Shown in pieces: positions 10,150 to 18,725 of a stretch of DNA of 64,000 bases. The number at the start of each line of letters is the position of its first letter. Within the stretch, counting starts at the first letter, position 1. The notes under the pieces are model-generated. The model did not search any database. It was not told the origin of the DNA and saw only the letters and a list, made by a program, of their open reading frames with translations. Both the position numbers and the translations under genes were made by a program. The stretch is from the IMG/VR virus record IMGVR_UViG_3300025536_000010, positions 62,001 to 126,000 of that record; one strand, given 5' to 3'.

Positions 10150-11787
10150 AGCAAGCGCGTGGCCATGCTGGACACCAACGCCCTGCTGTCGCACGGGGCC
10201 ACGGAAACGCTGCGTGACGTCCGCCTGATTCGCGGCCAGGGCCGAGCCAGTGAGAACTACTGGCTCCAGTTCATGATGGGTTACACGCCGGTCGACCCCA
10301 AGGTGCCGCAGACGCACGAGAAGTTCGTCAACCAGCTGAAAGCCTCTGGCATCAACGTGGTCCGCGACGGCTACCAGATGAACGTCATGGCCCTGACCAA
10401 CCGGGACGTGGACACCCTGGCGTCCGACCGCATCATCAAGAGCGGGGACACCGTGCGCTTCGACAAGGAACTCAAACCGATCCCGGGTGGCCTGTTCGAT
10501 CCCACGCTCACCGGCGGACACAACGGTAAGCGCTGGGCGGCTATCGAACTGCCCGAACCGATGCCCAACCCGGTCATGGAGGAGCCGATCCGGCGCATGC
10601 TGAACCTGACCCAGAAACAGTTCAGCGCCGTCCTGGCGGGCGAGCACGAACTGCCTAGCTTCGGCAGCGGCCCCAAAGCGATCACCCAGGCCCTGGAGAA
10701 CATCAACCTGGAACGCGAGTTGGCCAAAGCCAAGGCCGAATACACCCACGGACGCGGTACAGCCCGCGACGCTGCGCACCGGCGCTGGCAGTATCTCGAC
10801 GGCGCCCAGAAGCGCGGTCTGCATCCCAAAGATTGGATACTGAACCGCGTGCCAGTGCTGCCGCCGGCCTTCCGCCCGGTCAGCGTCATGGGGGACTCCG
10901 GCGTACCCCTGGTGTCGGACCCCAACTACCTCTACAAGGAGTTGCTCGACGCCAACAAGAATTTCACGGACATGGTCAAGCAGGTGGGGGACAAGAACGT
11001 CGGCAACGAGCGGCTGGCGGTCTACAACTCGTTCAAGGCGGTTACCGGCCTGGGCGAGCCTGTTCACCCCAAGCTGATCGAGAAAAACGTGAAAGGCATT
11101 CTCAAATCCGTTTTTGGAACCTCGCCGAAGTTCGGCACGGTGCAGCGGAAACTGCTGTCCTCGACCGTCGACAACGTGGGCCGCTCGGTCATTACGCCGA
11201 ACCCTGACTACGATATGGACACCATCGGCGTGCCCGAGAACCAGGCGTTCGACGTCTACTCGAAGTTCATCGTCCGCCGCCTGCGCCGCCGGGGCCTACC
11301 GATCCGCGAGGCTCTCAAGCACGTCCGCGACAAATCGGGCCTGGCCCGGGACGTTCTCCAGGAAGAGATGGACAACCGGCCGGTCTATGTCAACCGGGCT
11401 CCGGTGCTGCACAAATTCGGTATCATGGCCTTCCGCCCGCGGTTGATTAAGGGGGACGTCCTCCAGGTCAGCCCGTTGATCGTCAAAGGCTTCAACGCTG
11501 ACTTTGACGGGGACGCCATGCAGTTTCACGTCCCGTCGTCCGATGAAGCGGTCAAGGAAGCCTACGAGCGGATGCTGCCCAGTCGCTCGCTGCTTAGCCC
11601 GGCCGATTTCAAAAGCCCGGTCCACGCTCCTGGCCAGGAGTACCTGGGCGGGCTCTACTACGCGACGCGCCAGCGTGAGGAAGACAAGCAGCGGCGGCCC
11701 CGCGTGTTCCGTTCCGTAGCCGACGCCAAGAAGGCGCACCAGCGCGGCGAGATCACAGCGGACACGCCGATTCAGATCATGGAGTAA
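10027..11787 (+). CDS. rpoC: C-terminal split-intein half + RNAP beta C-terminus + catalytic N-half of beta'
   Basis: After the IntC: SKRVAMLDTNALLSHGA...QLKASGINV (beta end), then GGLFDP, VPVLPPAFRP, NRAPVLH, FNADFDGDAM (11494-11514), GLYYAT. Confidence 0.93.
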   Translation: MKITSVEPFAGTADLEGKVDVYDITVADLHLYGVYGVLVSNSKRVAMLDTNALLSHGATETLRDVRLIRGQGRASENYWLQFMMGYTPVDPKVPQTHEKFVNQLKASGINVVRDGYQMNVMALTNRDVDTLASDRIIKSGDTVRFDKELKPIPGGLFDPTLTGGHNGKRWAAIELPEPMPNPVMEEPIRRMLNLTQKQFSAVLAGEHELPSFGSGPKAITQALENINLERELAKAKAEYTHGRGTARDAAHRRWQYLDGAQKRGLHPKDWILNRVPVLPPAFRPVSVMGDSGVPLVSDPNYLYKELLDANKNFTDMVKQVGDKNVGNERLAVYNSFKAVTGLGEPVHPKLIEKNVKGILKSVFGTSPKFGTVQRKLLSSTVDNVGRSVITPNPDYDMDTIGVPENQAFDVYSKFIVRRLRRRGLPIREALKHVRDKSGLARDVLQEEMDNRPVYVNRAPVLHKFGIMAFRPRLIKGDVLQVSPLIVKGFNADFDGDAMQFHVPSSDEAVKEAYERMLPSRSLLSPADFKSPVHAPGQEYLGGLYYATRQREEDKQRRPRVFRSVADAKKAHQRGEITADTPIQIME

Positions 11788-11795
11788 CACCTGCC

Positions 11796-11825
11796 TTGTC
11801 CGGCCACGCCGGAGTAGGCTACACT
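11796..11825 (+). promoter_or_regulatory. Possible sigma70-type promoter
   Basis: TTGTCC-N18-TACACT in the intergenic gap before 11867. Confidence 0.3.
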
Positions 11826-11866
11826 ATACCCGCAGTACGGATACCAACAAGGAAAGGGAGTTCCGC

Positions 11867-12604
11867 ATGAGCACCCCTTCGCACGGCGATCACCTGGTCA
11901 ATCTCGAAGTCATCAGGATGGCACGTCAACAGCTTGGCGGCTTCCAGAAACAAGCCTTCATCCCAGCTAGCGACCCCGGCATGGGAGCCGGCGGTGGCGG
12001 CGGTGGTGGCGGGGGCGGCGCTCCTCCAATGGACCCCGCGATGATGGGCGGCGGCGGGGGCGGCGCTCCTCCGCCCGATCCTGCCGCTGGCGGCGGTGGC
12101 GGTGGCGGCGGTGGTGGGCTCGATCCCATCATGCAAATGATGACGCAGATGCAGCAGCAGATCCAGCAGCTGACCCAGGGCGGCGGCGCGGGCGGCGGCG
12201 CGGGCGGCGCGCTGAAACCCAAAATCGACGTCAACGTCGAGATGATGCAGATCAAGAACATGCTCGCCAAGATCTGCGACCACCTCGGCATTCAGATCCC
12301 GGCCCAGGACATGGTCGCCACGCCTGAGAAGCTCATGGCGATGTCCCAGGGGCAGTCGGCGGCTTCGCCTCCTGGCACGGGGGCCGGCGGCGCAGGGGCT
12401 GGCGGTGCGGGTGCCGGGGCCATCCCGCCGATGGACCCGATGCAGGGCATGCAGCCCGCCGGCTCGCCTGGCGGCGAGAAGATGGGGGCGCACCGTCCCT
12501 ACAGAGCCAACGGGCAAGCCTACGACGGAACTGCTCTGGCGTCGGGCCTGGGCGAAACGCACAATCGGGCCGCGGCAATCATGCGGCTGCGTCAGGCGGC
12601 ATAA
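11867..12604 (+). CDS. Gly/Met/Pro-rich low-complexity protein (K-x-A motif)
   Basis: QKQAF near N-terminus; poly-Gly runs with MDP/APP motifs. Confidence 0.75.
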   Translation: MSTPSHGDHLVNLEVIRMARQQLGGFQKQAFIPASDPGMGAGGGGGGGGGGAPPMDPAMMGGGGGGAPPPDPAAGGGGGGGGGGLDPIMQMMTQMQQQIQQLTQGGGAGGGAGGALKPKIDVNVEMMQIKNMLAKICDHLGIQIPAQDMVATPEKLMAMSQGQSAASPPGTGAGGAGAGGAGAGAIPPMDPMQGMQPAGSPGGEKMGAHRPYRANGQAYDGTALASGLGETHNRAAAIMRLRQAA

Positions 12605-12607
12605 CTC

Positions 12608-12934
12608 ATGGCTATGATCGTCGAGATTATCCCGGAAGGCGGTATCGGTCGGCGGGATGCCTTGGTTGTCCCGGCGTCCCAGATCATCATCCGCCAAGAC
12701 GACGGCACTCCGCTCATGGTCGCCGCCGTTTACGGCCCCGAGGGCGCCATCGCCTGCGGGTCAGTCAGCCACGATGAAGAGGAGTTCAACCGCTTCCTGC
12801 GGATGCTCAACATTCACCAAACCGTCATGGTGCAACGGATCAAGATGCCACCACCGCCGCCCGGGGCCAGGCTCGTCGCCGGCCCTAAGAGCCCTAGCCT
12901 CACGCACAAAAAGGAGATCATCCTTGGCAAGTGA
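12608..12934 (+). CDS. Hypothetical protein
   Basis: 108-aa ORF abutting both neighbours. Confidence 0.65.
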   Translation: MAMIVEIIPEGGIGRRDALVVPASQIIIRQDDGTPLMVAAVYGPEGAIACGSVSHDEEEFNRFLRMLNIHQTVMVQRIKMPPPPPGARLVAGPKSPSLTHKKEIILGK

Positions 12935-14132
12935 ACTTCCTGGCGGCCAACGCCGCCGACGCCCGGCCGTCGACCGCACGCGCGTCCGTACAGCCGATGA
13001 GTATTACAAGAGCGGCGACGTGTCCGCCGTCCAGGGCGGCAACACCGCGGCCGACAGCACGCTCAAGCCGGGCCAGGCGCCGGTGCCTGCGGCCGCGCGG
13101 CGGAAACCGGCGTCCGACCGCAGCCGCGTCCGTTCGGCCGACGAGTATTACAAGGCACAGGACCAGGCCCCGACTGCCGAACAGATCAGGGCCGGGCAGG
13201 TCCGTGACCCTCGCCGTCTTGGCCCACCACCGCAGCTGGGCGCGCCGCAGGCGCTGCCGGCCAAGCAGCCACGGTTGCCCAAGCCGGGGCGCCAACGGCC
13301 CGAACTGCTCATCACCCAGGCGGACGAGATCAACGGCGTCATGCAGGAAGTCGTCAGCCGCCTAAGCATGGGCGAGCAGCGCGTGATCGTCTACGTCGCC
13401 AAGGGGCAGGTGCCCCTGCTGCGGCGCGCCAGAACCAATCTGGAACTGCTGGTGACCCGCGAGGTCATCACCGAGGACCAGGCGCGTGACGTGACCTTCT
13501 CCTACGAGCAAGGCGAGGAGGCCAAAAAGGCCATCGACGCCAAGCTAGGAGCCGCGCCGACTTTCGAGAGCCAGCCCACAGTCAGTGTCGACGCCAAAAA
13601 GGCGGCTGACACGGAGATCGACCCGCTGGCCTTCCTCAACGGTGAGGGCGACGACCCGGACGACCCGAAGATCGACGTCTCGCCAGTTGCCGAGCAGGAT
13701 CAGGTCGAGGTCGACACGTCGAACGATCCAGACGCCAAACCGGACGTCGATGACGACGACGGCGCGGACAATACTTTCCTCAACCCGGAGAACAAGGAAG
13801 CCGCGGCGTTCTCGATTCCGTTCAACAAGCTGCCCGAGAATCTGATAATCGACCCGAACAAGCCGGGCGTCATGGGCGTTGACCCGGCCGCGCCGGAAGG
13901 CGACCGCACCGTGGTCGAGGTTCAGCAGCCCGAAGAGACGGTCGTGCAGGTCACCTCGGGCAACCTGCAACCCATGCAGCAGATGGAAGGCGCCGGCGAC
14001 AAGGGCGAAGACGTGCCGAACCTGGGCAGCCACATCGAGGCCCCAACCGAGGCGATGGAGGGTGTCGGCGACGCCCCCAAGCCGCAGCAGCAATACCGTC
14101 GCGGCGGTCGACGCTCCGGTCGCGGCTCGTAA
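12924..14132 (+). CDS. Hypothetical acidic protein with duplicated DRxRVRxADEYYK motif
   Basis: TTG start 12924 after AAGGAG SD, in frame with the listed 12657 ORF. Confidence 0.7.
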   Translation: MASELPGGQRRRRPAVDRTRVRTADEYYKSGDVSAVQGGNTAADSTLKPGQAPVPAAARRKPASDRSRVRSADEYYKAQDQAPTAEQIRAGQVRDPRRLGPPPQLGAPQALPAKQPRLPKPGRQRPELLITQADEINGVMQEVVSRLSMGEQRVIVYVAKGQVPLLRRARTNLELLVTREVITEDQARDVTFSYEQGEEAKKAIDAKLGAAPTFESQPTVSVDAKKAADTEIDPLAFLNGEGDDPDDPKIDVSPVAEQDQVEVDTSNDPDAKPDVDDDDGADNTFLNPENKEAAAFSIPFNKLPENLIIDPNKPGVMGVDPAAPEGDRTVVEVQQPEETVVQVTSGNLQPMQQMEGAGDKGEDVPNLGSHIEAPTEAMEGVGDAPKPQQQYRRGGRRSGRGS

Positions 14133-14216
14133 GAGTCCTCCTTTCGGCGGGCGTGGGTTACAAAGGATTGTGGCCCACGTCCGTTTTCTAAAAGCCAGTT
14201 TTGAGGGAGGGAGCCC

Positions 14217-14627
14217 GTGTTCGATACCATCCGCTCTTGGTGGCGAGGCGTCCCCAAACACGAAGTCAAAGAGGTCGAGTGGGGGCGACGGATCGCCAAG
14301 GCGCTCACGACCTACGGCCTGGCCACCCGCGACGAGGTCCGCATCTTCGACGGCACGCGCATCGACCTGCTTACGCCACACCATGCCGTCGAGATCGACT
14401 GGGCGCCGAAGTGGGCTGAGGCCATCGGACAGTCGCTCTACTACGGCGTCCGGTCCAAAAAGCAGGCCGTTGTCCTCCTGCTGCTGTGCGACTCCCGCGA
14501 CGAGGCGTATATCGTCCGCTGCCGCGCGGTCTGCACTACGAATACGCCCAAGATTCCGATTTGGCTGCTCAACACCAAGAGCCGTGTTTTGTACCTCGCG
14601 GACGGACAGACGATCACGGTGGAGTAA
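14217..14627 (+). CDS. PD-(D/E)xK-like nuclease
   Basis: E...DGTRIDLLT...AVEID...KWAEAIGQSLYY, a restriction-endonuclease-fold pattern. Confidence 0.6.
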   Translation: MFDTIRSWWRGVPKHEVKEVEWGRRIAKALTTYGLATRDEVRIFDGTRIDLLTPHHAVEIDWAPKWAEAIGQSLYYGVRSKKQAVVLLLLCDSRDEAYIVRCRAVCTTNTPKIPIWLLNTKSRVLYLADGQTITVE

Positions 14628-17600
14628 TGCTCAAAACCACGATGGGGCAGCTGCTTGTCAATGACTCGCTGCCCGAAGACCTGCGCGATTACGGGCGCAT
14701 CCTCGACAAAAAGGGGATGGCGACCTTGCTGCGCACCGTGGCCGAGAAATACCCGGACCAGTACCGCGACGTCTCGAAGAAGCTGGCCGACATCGGCCGC
14801 AACGTCGCCAGCGAGTTTGGTGGCAACAGTTTCGGGCTGGCGCACATGGCCAAGTCCGGCCTGGGGCAGCAGTACCAGAAGAACTTGCAGGCGAAGCTCA
14901 AGCAGATCCTTGACGATGACAACCTGGACGACGCTAAGCGGCAGGAGTTGATCGTCAAAGCGGCGGGCATGGACCGCGAGAAGCAGATGAAGTCGATCCT
15001 GGAAGAGGCCATCAAAAACAAGAACCCGCTGGCCTCCCAGGTGATCTCCGGTTCGCGCGGCAACGAGATGAACCTGGCCTCGCTGCTGGACTCCGACCGG
15101 CTGTACTCCGACCACCGGGATCAGCCGCTGGCCATCCCTATCGTCCACAGCTACAGCCAGGGCCTGCGGCCCATCGAATACTGGGCTGGCACCTACGGCG
15201 CCCGCAAGGGCGTCATGGCGACCAAGTTTGCCACCCAGGACGCCGGCTTTTTGAGCAAGCAGTTAAACCAGGTCGCCCACCGTCTGATGGTGGTGGACGA
15301 GGACGACCCGCGCTACGAAGGCGACCCGACACCGCGCGGCTTGCCGGTAGACACAGACGACCCCGACAACGAAGGGGCGCTGCTGGGCATGGACGTTGGC
15401 CCGTACAAGCGGAACACCGCGCTGACTCCCAAAATTCTCAAGGACTTGAAAAGGAGGGGACATGCTCGCCTTCTTGTCCGAAGCCCGGTGGTGGGCGGCA
15501 GTCCTGATGGTGGTATTTACGCACGGGATGTTGGTGTGCGTGAACGTGGCACTCTTCCTGGTCGCGGTGAGCAGGTTGGACTCACCGCTGCCCAGGCGCT
15601 GTCGGAGCCGCTGTCGCAGGGGCAGCTGTCGGCTAAGCATTCGGGCGGCGTCGCGGGGCAGGAGAAAGCGGTCGGCGGCTTCCAGTACATCAACCAGCTG
15701 ATTCAGGTGCCCAAGGTGTTCAAAGGCGGGGCGGCGCACTCAAACGAGGACGGCAGCGTCGAACGGATCGAGGAAGGTCCGGCCGGTGGCCAGTTCGTCT
15801 GGATCAACGGCAAGCGGCACTACGTCGGCGAGGGTTTTGAGTTGAAGGTGAAACCTGGCGACCAGGTCGAGGCTGGTGACCTGATCTCGGAAGGTCTGCC
15901 CAACCTGAACGTCGTTGTGGACCATAAGGGACGTGGCGAGGGCGCACGCTATTTCGTCAACTCGTTCGTGGACGCGATGCGCGGGGCCGGGCTCAAGGTC
16001 AACCGGCGCAACGTGGAAGTGCTGGCTCGGGGGCTTATCAACCATGTCCGACTCACCGACGAGTTCCAGGGCAACCTGCCCGACGACGTTGTCCCCTACA
16101 GCACCCTTGAGCACCTCTACGAACCACGCGAGGGTCACCAGACTCTACGAACTGAGCGCGCTTTGGGACAATACCTTGAGCGCCCAGTTCTACACTACAG
16201 CATCGGCACGAAGGTCCGCCCTTCGGTCCTTAAAGAGCTTCAACAGTTTGGTATTAAGGAAGTTGCTGTTCACGCAGAGCCGCCTCCGTTCAAGTCCGAG
16301 ATGATCCGTGGTATGTACTCCCTCCAGCACGACCCGGATTGGATGACCCGCATGTACGGCTCCGGCCAGAAGTCGAGCCTGCTGGAGGCGGTTCACCGTG
16401 GCCGCAGTTCCAACGAACTCGGCACCAGTTTCGTGCCCGGTCTGGCTCGCGCCGAAGAGTTCGGGCGCGTGGGCCAGGTACGCCAGCCGCTACCCGGCAC
16501 GAAGCCGCCGCTCATCGAGCCCGTCACGGAGGACGAGGAGATGCCCAAGAAGAAGCCAACGACGCCGCCGACTTCGCCGATCGCGCTGAACCTCCAGCCG
16601 CCCAAGACCCCCGCACCCAAGAGCATGTTCGGCGGCATGGGGTCCATTTTCAAGCTCTCCTGTGACGCCCTAGAACAGCGGCGGGAGGCCGAGATCCTGC
16701 TGGAGAAAGCTGCTAAGCGGATCGAACAGGTTCGCCAGGCCACAGCCAAGACCAAGCAGACGCAGCAGGTGAAAGCCAGCGCACCTTTGCAGCCTGTTCG
16801 ACGCGCGCAGCAGATCAAGACGGCCGAAACGAACATCGGCAGCAGCACCGTCACGGCTGGTGGCACGACGATCAAGCCGAGCAGTCAGGGCAGCGCAGCA
16901 CCGAAACCGCCCACACCGGCAGCACCGCCAGGCGGGGACGCCTGGAGCGGTCCGCGCGGACCCGCCAACCCGACTTTCGGCGTCGGCCGCAATCCGCACG
17001 CGCTGGGCCAGGGTGGCTACAACCCGGGCATGCCGTCCGGCATCGTCAACGACCCGGAAGCGTTCTCCCGCTTCGTTGACAGCAGCCAACGATTCGGCGG
17101 GTTGACCGGCGGGGCTGTTGCTTTCGGCTCTGGCCTCGACCAGAACGCCGTGGCCACGCTGACCAACCAGAGTCCCTACGTCAAAGGGCACTACGGCTAC
17201 AGCGAGTTCGACCGGCCCACGCCGCCAGGTTACCACCCCGGCATCGGGCGCCCCGGCATGCGCGGCGGCCAACCTGGCAGGTACGGAGGCCACCCCGGTA
17301 TGCAGGACGCTGACGGCATGGACTTCGACGGTGGCTACCCCGGTTTTGACCCCTGGCAGGATCAAGGCGGGCAGCAGCAGACTCAACAGCAGGCGCCACC
17401 GCAGCCCGGTTTCGGCGCGGGCGACATGCTCCAGATGGCTCCCGGCATAACGTCTATGGGCTCCACTGGCGCGCAGCTGGGCGGGCTAGCCACACGCGGG
17501 CTGGGAGCCGCAGCGAACGCCACAGGGGCCACGCGCGTCGGCGGCGCGCTGGGACGCACTGGCGGGGCGTTGGGCCGGGCCGGCGGCTTGGTCGGCAAAG

Positions 17601-18658
17601 CCGCTACGCCGCTGGCTGTAGCCGTGGACACCGGCCAGATGATCGGACATTCGATCAACGACATCAGGAACGGACAGTTTTTCGGCGGCAACGGCGAAGT
17701 AGCCCAGGGTACGCGCCGCACGATGGACGAAATGAACAACGCCACGGACCTCTCGCGCTGGACGGACCCGAACGTCAGCAAGTTCGACCAGCTGATGGAC
17801 ACGACGCACCTCATCAACCCGGTGAGCTATGCACGGTCAGCGGGTGGCGTCATCGGCGACGTGGCCAACACAGCCATCTACGACATGCCGGCCATCCTGG
17901 GCGGCGATTTCAAAGACATGACCAGGCTAGAGTCGTCGTCGAACATCGGCAAGCACTTCGAGTCCCAGCAGAAGATCCAGCAGATGCTCTCCGACGACCA
18001 GCACAAAAAGACCCTGGCCGGCAAACAGGACGGTATCAACCCGTTCCAGTTCACGCCGCATTTCGACCCGAACAAGGACGCACTGACCAACACCTACAAC
18101 AGCCTGACGCGCTCGAAGAACCCGCTTGCCAACGTCATCGGCACCGCCCAGGATCTGCACACGTCCGTCTCGACCATGAAAGGCCAGACCGAGGGCCAGG
18201 CTCGCGGTTTCGAGCAGATCATGTCCGACCGCCGAGCCGCGAACGAGCAGCGGGCGACGCAGCTGCGCGACCTCAAGGGTAAAGGTTTCGCCCTGTCGCC
18301 GGAGGAACAGGCCATCGTCGCCAAGGCCGACGCCGACCGCAACAAGACGGAGGCCCAGCTGGTCCTGGAGGCATCCGGGTTCAAGCCAGGCGATACGAAT
18401 ACCGCGCTGTACATGACGATGGGGCACAAGTCGATCAACCCATTCGATGGCGAGCAGCGCGCCAGCGCCCTCAACCCTGTCTCCGGTCGCCGCTTGGCCG
18501 AGGAAGCGCAGACGGCCATCGACCACGGCGACACCGGCCAGCGTGTCGCCGGGCACGCCGTCAAGGACTTCACGAGCCCGGTGGCTAGCTGGGAACAGAT
18601 CCGCAGCGGTGACTTCCGCGTGCCCGGGTGGAACAGCGTTAAGTCGCTGTGGGACTAA
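14627..18658 (+). CDS. rpoC: RNAP beta' C-terminal half fused to a long low-complexity extension
   Basis: Starts MLKTTMGQLL; SGSRGN; bridge helix GARKGVMATKFATQDAGFLSKQL; trigger loop AAQALSEPLSQGQLSAKHSGG; RRNVEVLARG; RNAP homology ends near 16470. Confidence 0.9.
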   Translation: MLKTTMGQLLVNDSLPEDLRDYGRILDKKGMATLLRTVAEKYPDQYRDVSKKLADIGRNVASEFGGNSFGLAHMAKSGLGQQYQKNLQAKLKQILDDDNLDDAKRQELIVKAAGMDREKQMKSILEEAIKNKNPLASQVISGSRGNEMNLASLLDSDRLYSDHRDQPLAIPIVHSYSQGLRPIEYWAGTYGARKGVMATKFATQDAGFLSKQLNQVAHRLMVVDEDDPRYEGDPTPRGLPVDTDDPDNEGALLGMDVGPYKRNTALTPKILKDLKRRGHARLLVRSPVVGGSPDGGIYARDVGVRERGTLPGRGEQVGLTAAQALSEPLSQGQLSAKHSGGVAGQEKAVGGFQYINQLIQVPKVFKGGAAHSNEDGSVERIEEGPAGGQFVWINGKRHYVGEGFELKVKPGDQVEAGDLISEGLPNLNVVVDHKGRGEGARYFVNSFVDAMRGAGLKVNRRNVEVLARGLINHVRLTDEFQGNLPDDVVPYSTLEHLYEPREGHQTLRTERALGQYLERPVLHYSIGTKVRPSVLKELQQFGIKEVAVHAEPPPFKSEMIRGMYSLQHDPDWMTRMYGSGQKSSLLEAVHRGRSSNELGTSFVPGLARAEEFGRVGQVRQPLPGTKPPLIEPVTEDEEMPKKKPTTPPTSPIALNLQPPKTPAPKSMFGGMGSIFKLSCDALEQRREAEILLEKAAKRIEQVRQATAKTKQTQQVKASAPLQPVRRAQQIKTAETNIGSSTVTAGGTTIKPSSQGSAAPKPPTPAAPPGGDAWSGPRGPANPTFGVGRNPHALGQGGYNPGMPSGIVNDPEAFSRFVDSSQRFGGLTGGAVAFGSGLDQNAVATLTNQSPYVKGHYGYSEFDRPTPPGYHPGIGRPGMRGGQPGRYGGHPGMQDADGMDFDGGYPGFDPWQDQGGQQQTQQQAPPQPGFGAGDMLQMAPGITSMGSTGAQLGGLATRGLGAAANATGATRVGGALGRTGGALGRAGGLVGKAATPLAVAVDTGQMIGHSINDIRNGQFFGGNGEVAQGTRRTMDEMNNATDLSRWTDPNVSKFDQLMDTTHLINPVSYARSAGGVIGDVANTAIYDMPAILGGDFKDMTRLESSSNIGKHFESQQKIQQMLSDDQHKKTLAGKQDGINPFQFTPHFDPNKDALTNTYNSLTRSKNPLANVIGTAQDLHTSVSTMKGQTEGQARGFEQIMSDRRAANEQRATQLRDLKGKGFALSPEEQAIVAKADADRNKTEAQLVLEASGFKPGDTNTALYMTMGHKSINPFDGEQRASALNPVSGRRLAEEAQTAIDHGDTGQRVAGHAVKDFTSPVASWEQIRSGDFRVPGWNSVKSLWD

Positions 18659-18666
18659 GCCTAGCC

Positions 18667-18696
18667 TAGCCTCAGCCCGAACCTGGATTGTATAAT
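18667..18696 (+). promoter_or_regulatory. Possible promoter (perfect TATAAT inside an imperfect palindrome)
   Basis: TATAAT at 18691-18696 in intergenic DNA within GGATTGTATAATCC; weak -35. Confidence 0.35.
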
Positions 18697-18725
18697 CCGG
18701 TTATGTCTTGCAAGGAGTGCAAAGT

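Noticed and set aside
12657-12923. Upstream extension of the 14132-ending ORF, or a frameshift fusion with 12608
   Set aside because: A TTG at 12924 with an AAGGAG SD explains the gene; the extension merely overlaps 12608-12934
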